The position numbers and the translations under genes were made by a program. From IMG/VR virus record IMGVR_UViG_3300045988_131126: DNA of 64,000 bases; one strand, written 5' to 3'. Positions within the stretch are counted from its first letter, which is position 1. Each line of letters starts with the position of its first letter. Below are positions 54,256-62,834 of the stretch, one piece after another. The notes beneath the pieces were generated by a model. The model was given only the letters and a program-made list of their open reading frames with translations. It ran no database searches and was not told the DNA's origin. This DNA is from a virus.

Positions 54256-56628
54256 TCAGAATGATTTAGTTTCTAACCCTATATAATTTTTAAAGTCATT
54301 AACTGTCATCATTTTAATGTTATATTTTAATGCTTTTTCACATTTGCTACCTTGATTATATCCATCGTACGGAACCAATAAGATAGCTGTGTCTTTTGTT
54401 ACTCCTGCATTTCCATCTGCATCGTAACCCATTTCGTCTAAGATAGATTCAAGAAATTTATCTCTAAATCCTGTAAATCTAATCTTCTTACGAATTTTAA
54501 AACTACCATAAGAATTCTTATAGTTGAATTCATTTACTATGAAATGAATATCATCCTTAAATGAATTCCACTCTTCTATGATAGTTTCTGTTGTATTTGG
54601 ACCTATACCTTTAATGGTACAGAACATATCTTTTACGTCATCGATATACCCTCCATCTAAATATTGAATTATATCAACTAATGCAATCTTTTCGAATATA
54701 ATTCTCCAAGTTTTAGCTGATAAGTTACTAAATCCCAAAGCTCCGATTAATATATAATCTGGAGTTTCGTTATTTTTGATAGAATCTAATTGATCTTTGA
54801 ATTTAGCTGCATTTGTAGGACCTATAATTTCAACCATTTTATCATATGGATAATCATACAGTTCTTTTAAAGATCCAATCCCTAACGCTGCCATTCTTTC
54901 TTCGGCAATATCCTTGATTCCTAATTTAGCTATCATATTAGAAATCCTCTTTGCTTCTTTACCGACACAATGAAGATTCATACAATAAGCTGCTTTACCA
55001 GACTTAGATATCGTAATCTTACCACCACAGAATGGGCATTTATCTGGAAATACTTCATCTGCTTCTGGTGGTCTATTATGATTATCTCTATTAAATTGAA
55101 TATCTGGTTTTGATACATACGGCATCACATCATGATTATAATCAATATCAATTACATCTCCTTTATAGAGATTTAACTTATTGAAATGCTCATAAGAATA
55201 CCCTGTTGTATGATCATGTATAGCTCCTAAGAACTCTACAGGATCAAAATAAAACATTGGAACTATCATTCCAGATTGACCAATACTATATTTGTAACCT
55301 CTAAATACCGAATGACGTCTCATTGGATTAAATTTTACTGCCATCTTATATTGATCAATGGAATTCTTTCTACCAAGTTTCTTTCTAATCTCAGGATCGT
55401 ACATCTCTGCAACTATTCCATCATACATGAACGGAAGAAACGAGCGCGCAAATTCAGCTTCTTCTGCATATCTTTTAATTTGGAATAATATACTTTGATA
55501 ATTTCCTGAAATAGTCTGATGCTTAAACATGATCTCTCTAGTATAATACCGATTCATGAACTCGATTTCTACTAAACGATCTAATGGTTCTCCATTCTCA
55601 TCTTTTAAAGATGTCTGTAATGGAACCAATGTTATAAAATCTCTATATCGGTATGAATCAGATCTACCTAATATACCAATAATTGCAGTTCTTCCATTTA
55701 TATAATGATTTCCTGTTAATCTATTGATATTATCGAGGTTATTATAGCTTACAATAGCTTCAAACTTCATACCGATAGTTTCCCCTAAATCTACAGCATT
55801 GGGAAACTTATACCCTTTAAATATAGGTGTCAAATCACTTGCTTTCTCAAGATCTGTATCACCTCTTGTCCTTGCAGATATCACCTCTGTATTTACATCA
55901 GCCTCTATAGATATTCCATCATACTTTAAGCTGAGTATTACATCTAACTGATCTGTAGGCTTTATTATATTACTCAATATCATCGGAGCAATCCAATCTC
56001 GCTCCAATACTACCACATTGCTTTGATTGAAAACTCCTCTTTCAATCGCATCAGCACTTAATACAAATTTAGACTTGTGTAATGTACCAACAAGTTCTGG
56101 ATGCTCGTGCTGAGTATTTCTTAATCTCTTCGTGACATCATTGCTCTCTGGTAATAAATCCTTTGCAAAAATGTCATTACTATTAAACTCTCTTCTGATG
56201 TTTATGATGCTTGGAAACATCATATTATTCATCTTTTCAATTTCATCATCCGGTACATGCATTATCGGATTTGACATTTTAGTTTCTTCAGTCTCCATAA
56301 ATTGGGAAGCTGAACCTGCTAAATTTTGCGGAGTCGCTCCAGATTGAATATCTGGTACATACTCCCTCACTTTTTCTAATAATAAATCGTATACTCCATC
56401 ATCTAATAATAATATATCTAAATCACTATTATTATATAAATTATTAGATATTTGGATTATTAGTACACCTTTTTCTACGTCCTCCTTATTCCATACCGGC
56501 TTACTCATTAGGCTCATTGTTTCGTTATTGATCATTTCTTTTGAATCGAATATGATATCTGTTAATGAACCTGAATTAGTAACCAGATTGTTTTTTAAAG
56601 ACTTAAGTATAGTAATATTGTTATCCAT
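54256..56628 (-). CDS. ligA: NAD-dependent DNA ligase
   Basis: 790 aa. Adenylation motif LKYDGISIE (about 55910-55930), Ia-like DDGVYDLLLEKVREY, Zn finger CPFCGG..CMNLHC, HhH region, and a BRCT-like C-terminus. An extra insertion carries SNPIMHVPDDE (56251-56271). Confidence 0.9.
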   Translation of the reverse strand: MDNNITILKSLKNNLVTNSGSLTDIIFDSKEMINNETMSLMSKPVWNKEDVEKGVLIIQISNNLYNNSDLDILLLDDGVYDLLLEKVREYVPDIQSGATPQNLAGSASQFMETEETKMSNPIMHVPDDEIEKMNNMMFPSIINIRREFNSNDIFAKDLLPESNDVTKRLRNTQHEHPELVGTLHKSKFVLSADAIERGVFNQSNVVVLERDWIAPMILSNIIKPTDQLDVILSLKYDGISIEADVNTEVISARTRGDTDLEKASDLTPIFKGYKFPNAVDLGETIGMKFEAIVSYNNLDNINRLTGNHYINGRTAIIGILGRSDSYRYRDFITLVPLQTSLKDENGEPLDRLVEIEFMNRYYTREIMFKHQTISGNYQSILFQIKRYAEEAEFARSFLPFMYDGIVAEMYDPEIRKKLGRKNSIDQYKMAVKFNPMRRHSVFRGYKYSIGQSGMIVPMFYFDPVEFLGAIHDHTTGYSYEHFNKLNLYKGDVIDIDYNHDVMPYVSKPDIQFNRDNHNRPPEADEVFPDKCPFCGGKITISKSGKAAYCMNLHCVGKEAKRISNMIAKLGIKDIAEERMAALGIGSLKELYDYPYDKMVEIIGPTNAAKFKDQLDSIKNNETPDYILIGALGFSNLSAKTWRIIFEKIALVDIIQYLDGGYIDDVKDMFCTIKGIGPNTTETIIEEWNSFKDDIHFIVNEFNYKNSYGSFKIRKKIRFTGFRDKFLESILDEMGYDADGNAGVTKDTAILLVPYDGYNQGSKCEKALKYNIKMMTVNDFKNYIGLETKSF

Positions 56629-56720
56629 GGATAAACCTCCTTTTCTAAATTTTATATTCTTAAGTCACCTATATAATATATCACCATTACAAAAAATAAA
56701 AGGGGGTAAAACCCCCTTTT

Positions 56721-57125
56721 TTAAACAGCAACAGTGCTAACCTTTCTAAGCTTATATTCATCCATATTAACCACTTTATCACTATGGTGTTTTAATTGCA
56801 TTTCTATTGCTCTTGATATTAATTCCTGTTTTGATATATTACCTTTGAATAGAATTACTTTGGTATATCTCATACTACCTAAATCATAGTGATACATTTT
56901 AGTCTCTTTTACAATTCCTATATTGCTACCAAATTTATCAATGTATCTCTTTAAGTCTGAATATAATATATTTGAATCGACTTCAGCGACTTCAACTTCT
57001 AATTTATTATTCTTATTTGAAGATAAAAACTTAATTATCTTTTTAATTTCTCCCTCATCATTTCCAATCTTTCTAGAATGGTATCTCATAAAATAAGTTT
57101 TGATTAAATTTAATAAATAAAGCAT
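56721..57125 (-). CDS. hypothetical protein
   Basis: ATG 57125 lies 9 nt after CAGGAGG (the track's 57149 start overlaps the upstream gene). 134 aa. Confidence 0.65.
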   Translation of the reverse strand: MLYLLNLIKTYFMRYHSRKIGNDEGEIKKIIKFLSSNKNNKLEVEVAEVDSNILYSDLKRYIDKFGSNIGIVKETKMYHYDLGSMRYTKVILFKGNISKQELISRAIEMQLKHHSDKVVNMDEYKLRKVSTVAV

Positions 57126-57129
57126 AGTT

Positions 57130-57777
57130 TTAAACCTCCTGTTTTCCAAAATTTAAAAATATTAAAAACTCTTCAGCATACTTCAAAATTGTATCTCTCT
57201 CTTGTTTAAATGTTTCTTTAGAAAAAGTTCTTGAAATAATTGATCTGCATATCTCTGAATCATTAGATTCGAAATATATTTCATTCATACAAGATATATC
57301 TCCCATTAATTTTAAAACTATGGGGTTAGTTTTAAGTTTATTATTATCTCCAAAGAATGCACTATTATTTACACCGAATCTTTTATTTCTATTCTTCTTT
57401 CCTATCTTCTTAATTTCACTAATAAATCCTTTCTCTATATCTATAGTAGTTTCTAATGCATTCGATTGAGCTGTAACAATCTTCCCACTTTTACTATATC
57501 TGGCAGATTGAAACTTGTTTGCTGACATGATATGCGTTTCGTTACCTTCAATCTTTTTAATAATATTATCATGATGATATAGTTTTAATATAATCTTCTC
57601 ATCTTCGATAATATTCACATGATTAGCGTCTTGCCTTTCTCTTTTGATCTCCTTTACAGTTTTTCTCGATAATTCGATTTCGTTTTCTACATCGACCTCT
57701 ACCTCTTCGAATAAAATTCCCATCAAATTTCCATACTCTCCAAATCCAAATGTTACTGAATAATACATATCGTTCAT
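57130..57777 (-). CDS. hypothetical protein
   Basis: 215-aa ORF with AAAGGAGGAAA RBS. Confidence 0.7.
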   Translation of the reverse strand: MNDMYYSVTFGFGEYGNLMGILFEEVEVDVENEIELSRKTVKEIKRERQDANHVNIIEDEKIILKLYHHDNIIKKIEGNETHIMSANKFQSARYSKSGKIVTAQSNALETTIDIEKGFISEIKKIGKKNRNKRFGVNNSAFFGDNNKLKTNPIVLKLMGDISCMNEIYFESNDSEICRSIISRTFSKETFKQERDTILKYAEEFLIFLNFGKQEV

Positions 57778-57834
57778 ATGTATTTCCTCCTTTTTATAGT
57801 GTATATTTTTTGTGTCATCTATATTAAAAGAATC

Positions 57835-57871
57835 GGAGTCTATTATTATATAGACTCCGATAACTTATTAT
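57835..57871 (-). terminator. terminator hairpin (minus strand)
   Basis: atcggagtcta-ttattata-tagactccgat overlapping the stop of the RNAP gene. The minus strand is followed by tctttt. Confidence 0.55.
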
Positions 57872-60156
57872 TTTTTAAGAAGCTCTTTCATCGCTTTATT
57901 TGCTCTATCATTAACCTCTGTTGAATACGTTTCTATATCTTTACTCTGTGTACTTGCATCCATTTTCCAAAGCGGTACATGATAAATTGGATTAGCTTTA
58001 AATTTCTTATCTACTTCTAGATCACGTTTAATAGATTTATTAAAATCGTATTTTTCTTCATTAGAAATATGATATATCGGATTATATGATGTATAATCAT
58101 GATAAATCGGGAATTTCTGAACTGGATCTTTCCAAGTTCTTCTTACTTTCTTGAATTTCAGTCTAAGGCCAATGGTCTTAAATCTTACATTGAAAATCTC
58201 GGCAGATCTATCTACAGATTTTTCATCAAGTTTAATATCTACATTATATGGATCATCCGTATATATACTCTGCATTAATAATCTACCATGTGGTGATGAT
58301 GAATAAAGCATCATCATTTCTTTTACAATAGCGACAGGCATATGTGTCATATCACCATTTTCCATTTCACCCATTCTAATAGGTGTACTCTGATGAACAG
58401 ATTTAAAGTTTTTAGAAGCTTTATTTCTACTGTTCTGATTTCTAATATTTGTAGAAGACAATGATGTTACTGAGAACTTATCTTCAGCGTACTGTTTCAA
58501 CCTATAAAAGTATAATCTTCCACATACAATAGGTCTTCTACTTGGTACCATTCGTACATTACCGGTACTTCCTTTAATTGGTACATATAAATATCTAGGC
58601 GTTACATACGAAAATCTATCATAAATCTCCCCTAATCTATCTGTAGTTATAGATTCTGATATTGGTTCCATACTTAGAACAATATGATCTGATTCGATCA
58701 TTCCTAATAAATATTCTTTCTTATATGAAATATCCCAACTATTAAGCAGATATCTTAACTGTGCAGCTTGTAACGGAGAACACATTTCAATGAAATCGGT
58801 CACTTCTTTTAATGCTTCATCCACAGTAAACGGAGTTGTGGATATATATCTTAAAATTTCTGATCCAATAAAGTTCAATTCAAGTTCTTTTAACTGTCCA
58901 TCGTTCAGTCTATTTGTACATGTAGATGAATTTAATATTACTTCAACTCTTGTATTGGATCCTTCTAATACTGGCATTAATTCATCAGGAATTATTCTAC
59001 TGATAACTCCTTTACCGCCATATCTATTTGTAATTTTATCCCCAACCATTGGGACAGATTCTTCCATTACAGTAAAATGAATTACTGTACCTGAATACAC
59101 TTTACCTTTCTCTATATATTGAGCATTTGATATCTCGGATTTTGCTCTATTATAGATAGCATCAAGTCTACCTTTAATCTTTGTGTAACCAAGATCCTTT
59201 AATTGATCTACAGTTTCTACAATTTCTCTCAAGTATCGTTGTTTATTATTATAATAATAAAGCAACTGAGCATTAGTTCTTTTCTCCTGTAATTTCTCTG
59301 GAGAGTTGCAGTTAATGTCAATATCAATAACTTTGCCTGATTTAACCATCCATTTAGTATCAGACATAACAGTTTCTCTTAATTTCTTTTTAGATTGCAT
59401 AAATAATGCATCTTCATTTTTCTCTCTACGAGTAGCAAATAAAATACCATTCCCAACTTCTTCTCCAATATCAGGAAATGATTTGATAAATTCATCATCA
59501 CCTCTAAGATTAAGAGGGATATCATTATCATTGGCAATAGCTTTAACTTTTTTAAACAACGGTGCCGCCAATTTCTTAGCTGCAGATTCAGAGATATTGA
59601 TAGCATCTTCCATCGTACTAGCAGCTGCTATGTATGCTGTTACGAGGTTAACACCAACACCCTGATTATTATAATGATCATAGCTTGTGGACTTAGCTAT
59701 GATTTCTCCCTCTGGAATAGTATCTTCTACTCTATAGGAGTCTATTTGCGAATTATTCATAGCATATCCATAAGATTCTGAATTATGCTTATAGCATTTC
59801 CTTTCAATAATTTGAATAGAATCGTCCTTATCATCAGTACAAATAAGAAAATAATGATGACCAGGAACCTTTTCAAACTTCTCAATTTTACGTCTAATAC
59901 GTAAATCCCCATCTGTTTTCTTAATAGATGCAGATAAATCACCAAATCTGATTTCATAACCAGTTTGAATAATTGGTGGTTCTGAATTTAATATATCTAA
60001 TGCGTGTTCTGTCTGAATACCTGCTAATATTTTTCGAGGTCCAGAGTTGTTGTTATTGAATGGCATTAAGTTTCCTTTACCTAATGCATATTCCATTTTA
60101 GTAATTCTTTTTGCTTCATTTTCAAGAAGCGCTTTGTCGTTGTCCGTCCTTGCCAT
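57868..60156 (-). CDS. multisubunit RNA polymerase beta-like protein, C-terminal half
   Basis: ATG 60156 lies 9 nt after AAGGAGG (the track's 60180 start has no RBS). NRYGGKGVISRI (about 59003-59029) corresponds to beta RHGNKGVvSki. RMGEMENGDM corresponds to GEMEVWAL. The C-terminal tail has FPIYH (58099-58113), NPIYH (58069-58083) and NPIYH (57979-57993). Confidence 0.8.
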   Translation of the reverse strand: MARTDNDKALLENEAKRITKMEYALGKGNLMPFNNNNSGPRKILAGIQTEHALDILNSEPPIIQTGYEIRFGDLSASIKKTDGDLRIRRKIEKFEKVPGHHYFLICTDDKDDSIQIIERKCYKHNSESYGYAMNNSQIDSYRVEDTIPEGEIIAKSTSYDHYNNQGVGVNLVTAYIAAASTMEDAINISESAAKKLAAPLFKKVKAIANDNDIPLNLRGDDEFIKSFPDIGEEVGNGILFATRREKNEDALFMQSKKKLRETVMSDTKWMVKSGKVIDIDINCNSPEKLQEKRTNAQLLYYYNNKQRYLREIVETVDQLKDLGYTKIKGRLDAIYNRAKSEISNAQYIEKGKVYSGTVIHFTVMEESVPMVGDKITNRYGGKGVISRIIPDELMPVLEGSNTRVEVILNSSTCTNRLNDGQLKELELNFIGSEILRYISTTPFTVDEALKEVTDFIEMCSPLQAAQLRYLLNSWDISYKKEYLLGMIESDHIVLSMEPISESITTDRLGEIYDRFSYVTPRYLYVPIKGSTGNVRMVPSRRPIVCGRLYFYRLKQYAEDKFSVTSLSSTNIRNQNSRNKASKNFKSVHQSTPIRMGEMENGDMTHMPVAIVKEMMMLYSSSPHGRLLMQSIYTDDPYNVDIKLDEKSVDRSAEIFNVRFKTIGLRLKFKKVRRTWKDPVQKFPIYHDYTSYNPIYHISNEEKYDFNKSIKRDLEVDKKFKANPIYHVPLWKMDASTQSKDIETYSTEVNDRANKAMKELLKK

Positions 60157-60201
60157 CTCGCACAACCTCCTTAAATTCATTTTTATTGAAATAGCTATAT
60201 T

Positions 60202-60238
60202 AAATCATAGGTATAATATATGATTATACCTATGATTT
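60202..60238. terminator. 16-bp perfect hairpin between the recA-like and RNAP genes
   Basis: aaatcataggtataat-atatg-attatacctatgattt. The T-run is on the plus side only (accctttttatttt), so its role as a minus-strand terminator is uncertain. Confidence 0.35.
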
Positions 60239-60250
60239 ACCCTTTTTATT

Positions 60251-61501
60251 TTAAGCTACACCAATCTGATTAAATTCTTTCATCTTATTGATAAGAGCTG
60301 TAGTTACATTGAACTTAGCCTTATAGTTTTCTGGTTCTCCAGAATCATTAATAAGAGTCATAAGTGCTTTATAACCCTCAGTAATAAATACTTCCTGAAG
60401 TTCAGGATTTTCTTGAAGTTTCTGTTTAAAGTTCTTCTGAGCAAATTTCATATCAGATCTATCTCCGAAGTATAGATATGCACCTGCTCCATTTACATAT
60501 CCTAATTCTTTCATAGTATAGAATAGAGATAGATCTTTATCAAATCCTTTCTCGTAATCAAATACCAATGTGATACTATTACCGGCTGCAGAAGTTCTTG
60601 ATTTCATAATAGTAAGAGTTACTAAAGAACCTCTAATACAGAATCCTTCTGTAGGTTTCATCTTAGAATGGTCATCCATTCTAATAATAAGATTTGATAC
60701 ATATAATGCTACCTTACCACCACCAACTCTTTCGCCTGGCTTAAGATAAGCTAACTGCTGTTGTTTCTTAGCAAATGGATTAATATCTACATCGTCTAAG
60801 ATATGGTTAATACAAAGAAGAATAATATTTGCAGATTTAAGCAATGCGATAATTCTTCTAAAGATAGCTGAATTAGTTTTAGCAGATGCCGTTGTAGACA
60901 TCTGGCCAGATAATTCGTCTTCGTTTGCATATTGATCTGGCATAAGCATTCCCAATGAGTCTAAGACATATATAGTAGGTTCAAATTTATATATCTTTTC
61001 TCCATTAGTATCAAGTAAGCCAGTGTCATACATATACTCATCTTTTGATTCAATTTTTAAATCATGAACCATTTTAATACGTTCAAAGAAGTTCTCTGCT
61101 GTAACACCAGAATTTCTGATAATCATTCTATCTTTAAACTCTTTCCCATAGAAACCCGTAAGGTTTTCGATACGTGTTTCTACAATACCACCCTCGATAC
61201 TATCATAATATATACATGAAGTTTCAAAAGGTCTAATAATTTCACCTGCGGCTTGCACACAGAAAGTAGTTTTACCGCAACCGGATCTTCCGATTACAGT
61301 AGCCATAGAACCATCCACGATTCCGATACTATTATATGTAAATTTCATGTCATCTTTTTGTACATGAACTACTACGCCGTTTAAGAAATCAAAAGCCAAA
61401 AATCCAGTAGGATAAGATACATCTGAATCAGACTCTCTAGACATTCTAATATCTTTTGATTTACTAACAGTATTTCTAAATTTTTCTGCTAAAAGTCCCA
61501 T
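60251..61501 (-). CDS. RecA/UvsX-like recombinase
   Basis: 416 aa. Walker A VIGRSGCGKTTF (about 61265-61292), Walker B IYVLDSLGML. Then SAKTNSAIFRRIIALLKSANIILLCINH, parallel to the RecA QARLMSQALRKL..NQiR layout. Confidence 0.7.
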   Translation of the reverse strand: MGLLAEKFRNTVSKSKDIRMSRESDSDVSYPTGFLAFDFLNGVVVHVQKDDMKFTYNSIGIVDGSMATVIGRSGCGKTTFCVQAAGEIIRPFETSCIYYDSIEGGIVETRIENLTGFYGKEFKDRMIIRNSGVTAENFFERIKMVHDLKIESKDEYMYDTGLLDTNGEKIYKFEPTIYVLDSLGMLMPDQYANEDELSGQMSTTASAKTNSAIFRRIIALLKSANIILLCINHILDDVDINPFAKKQQQLAYLKPGERVGGGKVALYVSNLIIRMDDHSKMKPTEGFCIRGSLVTLTIMKSRTSAAGNSITLVFDYEKGFDKDLSLFYTMKELGYVNGAGAYLYFGDRSDMKFAQKNFKQKLQENPELQEVFITEGYKALMTLINDSGEPENYKAKFNVTTALINKMKEFNQIGVA

Positions 61502-61544
61502 TTATTTTTCCTCCAAATAAATTTATTTTTATTTAGAAGTTATA

Positions 61545-61593
61545 AATTTTATAAAAAATAAAATAGGAAGTGGAGCTTAATTACCCCACTTCC
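61545..61593 (-). terminator. terminator hairpin (minus strand)
   Basis: ggaagtgg...ccacttcc (8 bp). The minus strand is followed by tattttatttttt. Confidence 0.5.
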
Positions 61594-61609
61594 CGTATAG
61601 TTAGACTTT

Positions 61610-62680
61610 TTATAAAAACAATGGACTGCCATTTTTGATATCAAGATTTCTGATAATCATATCTAATCTTGGAAAATCAGATGGAGCAAAACTTCTTAAA
61701 TTAAATCTCACTGGTCTGTCGATATATAATAATTGCCTATTCTGCGAGTAATTTAATAAAGTTGTATTTAATCCAGCATCGTTCATTTCATTCAGCATAC
61801 TAAATAATGCCAAAGTAATTAAACCATAAATCTCTCTTTTACTTTCTGTCATCGTACTTACATCTTTTACATCATACATGATTCCCTCAAGTAAATCAAT
61901 TGCTTTGATTCTTGAACCACACACCGTATAATAGATAGCAGTAATGAGTCTTTCATATAGTATATTTAATGGTAAGGTCATAATTACATCATTAAGATTT
62001 CTCACACATACCTGAGCATTCAGGCTGGATCTACTAGCTCTTGCTAATCTATTTGCTGTTTTATCGTCAAACGCTCCAAATCCTACCATCTGCTGAATAA
62101 TATCTCTATTTACAACAGATGCAAATGTTGTTAATGCTGAGATCGTAGGTTTTGTATCTCCTTTCTCAACACTTGCAAACTTGATATAATCAGTTACAAG
62201 TTTATTGCAATATACCTTTTCGATATCAGATAACGGCTGAGCATATGCTATCTCAATCATAATCTGAATAACTCTCTGATCTACAAATACATGCACTATA
62301 GATCTATATTTATTATTCGGATCTGGATCCATTACTCTCTCTAAAATATATTTGAAATTTCCACAGATTAAATTTCTTAAATCTGTATCAGATAATCCTC
62401 TATAATTAGCTAACTGAGAGAATAATACATCGTCACTTGTTTGAGTATTAATCATGTTTACCTCCTGATATTCTACTTTCTGTTTTGGCTGAGATTGTAC
62501 CTTTTCAGCGAAATCTGAAAATACATTAATATCTTTAAGTTTTGGATCTTTTGCTTTTACATATTTTCTTGCATCAAAATCTTCCCCTTTTACAGGTTCT
62601 GGATTCTGAATATTCTGTATTACTTGATTGGAAATAAAATCATTTGGTACAAATGTTTCGTTGTTGCTAATTTGATTCAT
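61610..62680 (-). CDS. hypothetical protein
   Basis: 356-aa ORF with TAGGAGGAG RBS. Confidence 0.75.
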   Translation of the reverse strand: MNQISNNETFVPNDFISNQVIQNIQNPEPVKGEDFDARKYVKAKDPKLKDINVFSDFAEKVQSQPKQKVEYQEVNMINTQTSDDVLFSQLANYRGLSDTDLRNLICGNFKYILERVMDPDPNNKYRSIVHVFVDQRVIQIMIEIAYAQPLSDIEKVYCNKLVTDYIKFASVEKGDTKPTISALTTFASVVNRDIIQQMVGFGAFDDKTANRLARASRSSLNAQVCVRNLNDVIMTLPLNILYERLITAIYYTVCGSRIKAIDLLEGIMYDVKDVSTMTESKREIYGLITLALFSMLNEMNDAGLNTTLLNYSQNRQLLYIDRPVRFNLRSFAPSDFPRLDMIIRNLDIKNGSPLFL

Positions 62681-62834
62681 AGCTCTTCTCCTCCTATTAC
62701 TGTACTGTATATTGAATAAATTCGGTATTTGGGTTTAGTCATAAGTATCTCTCCTTTGTTTTTTAAAATTTTAGTGGTAAAGACCATTCCAGCCTTTACC
62801 ACTTTTGTGTCACTCTTATAATATATAATCGTGA

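Noticed and set aside
40686-58113. The repeated atgataaattggatt string might be a DNA-level site (operator or repeat) rather than a peptide motif.
   Set aside because: Other copies keep the amino acids NPIYH with different codons (aatcctatttatcac at 24316, aatccgatatatcat at 58069-58083 on the minus strand). All copies are in frame in coding tails. This points to peptide-level selection.
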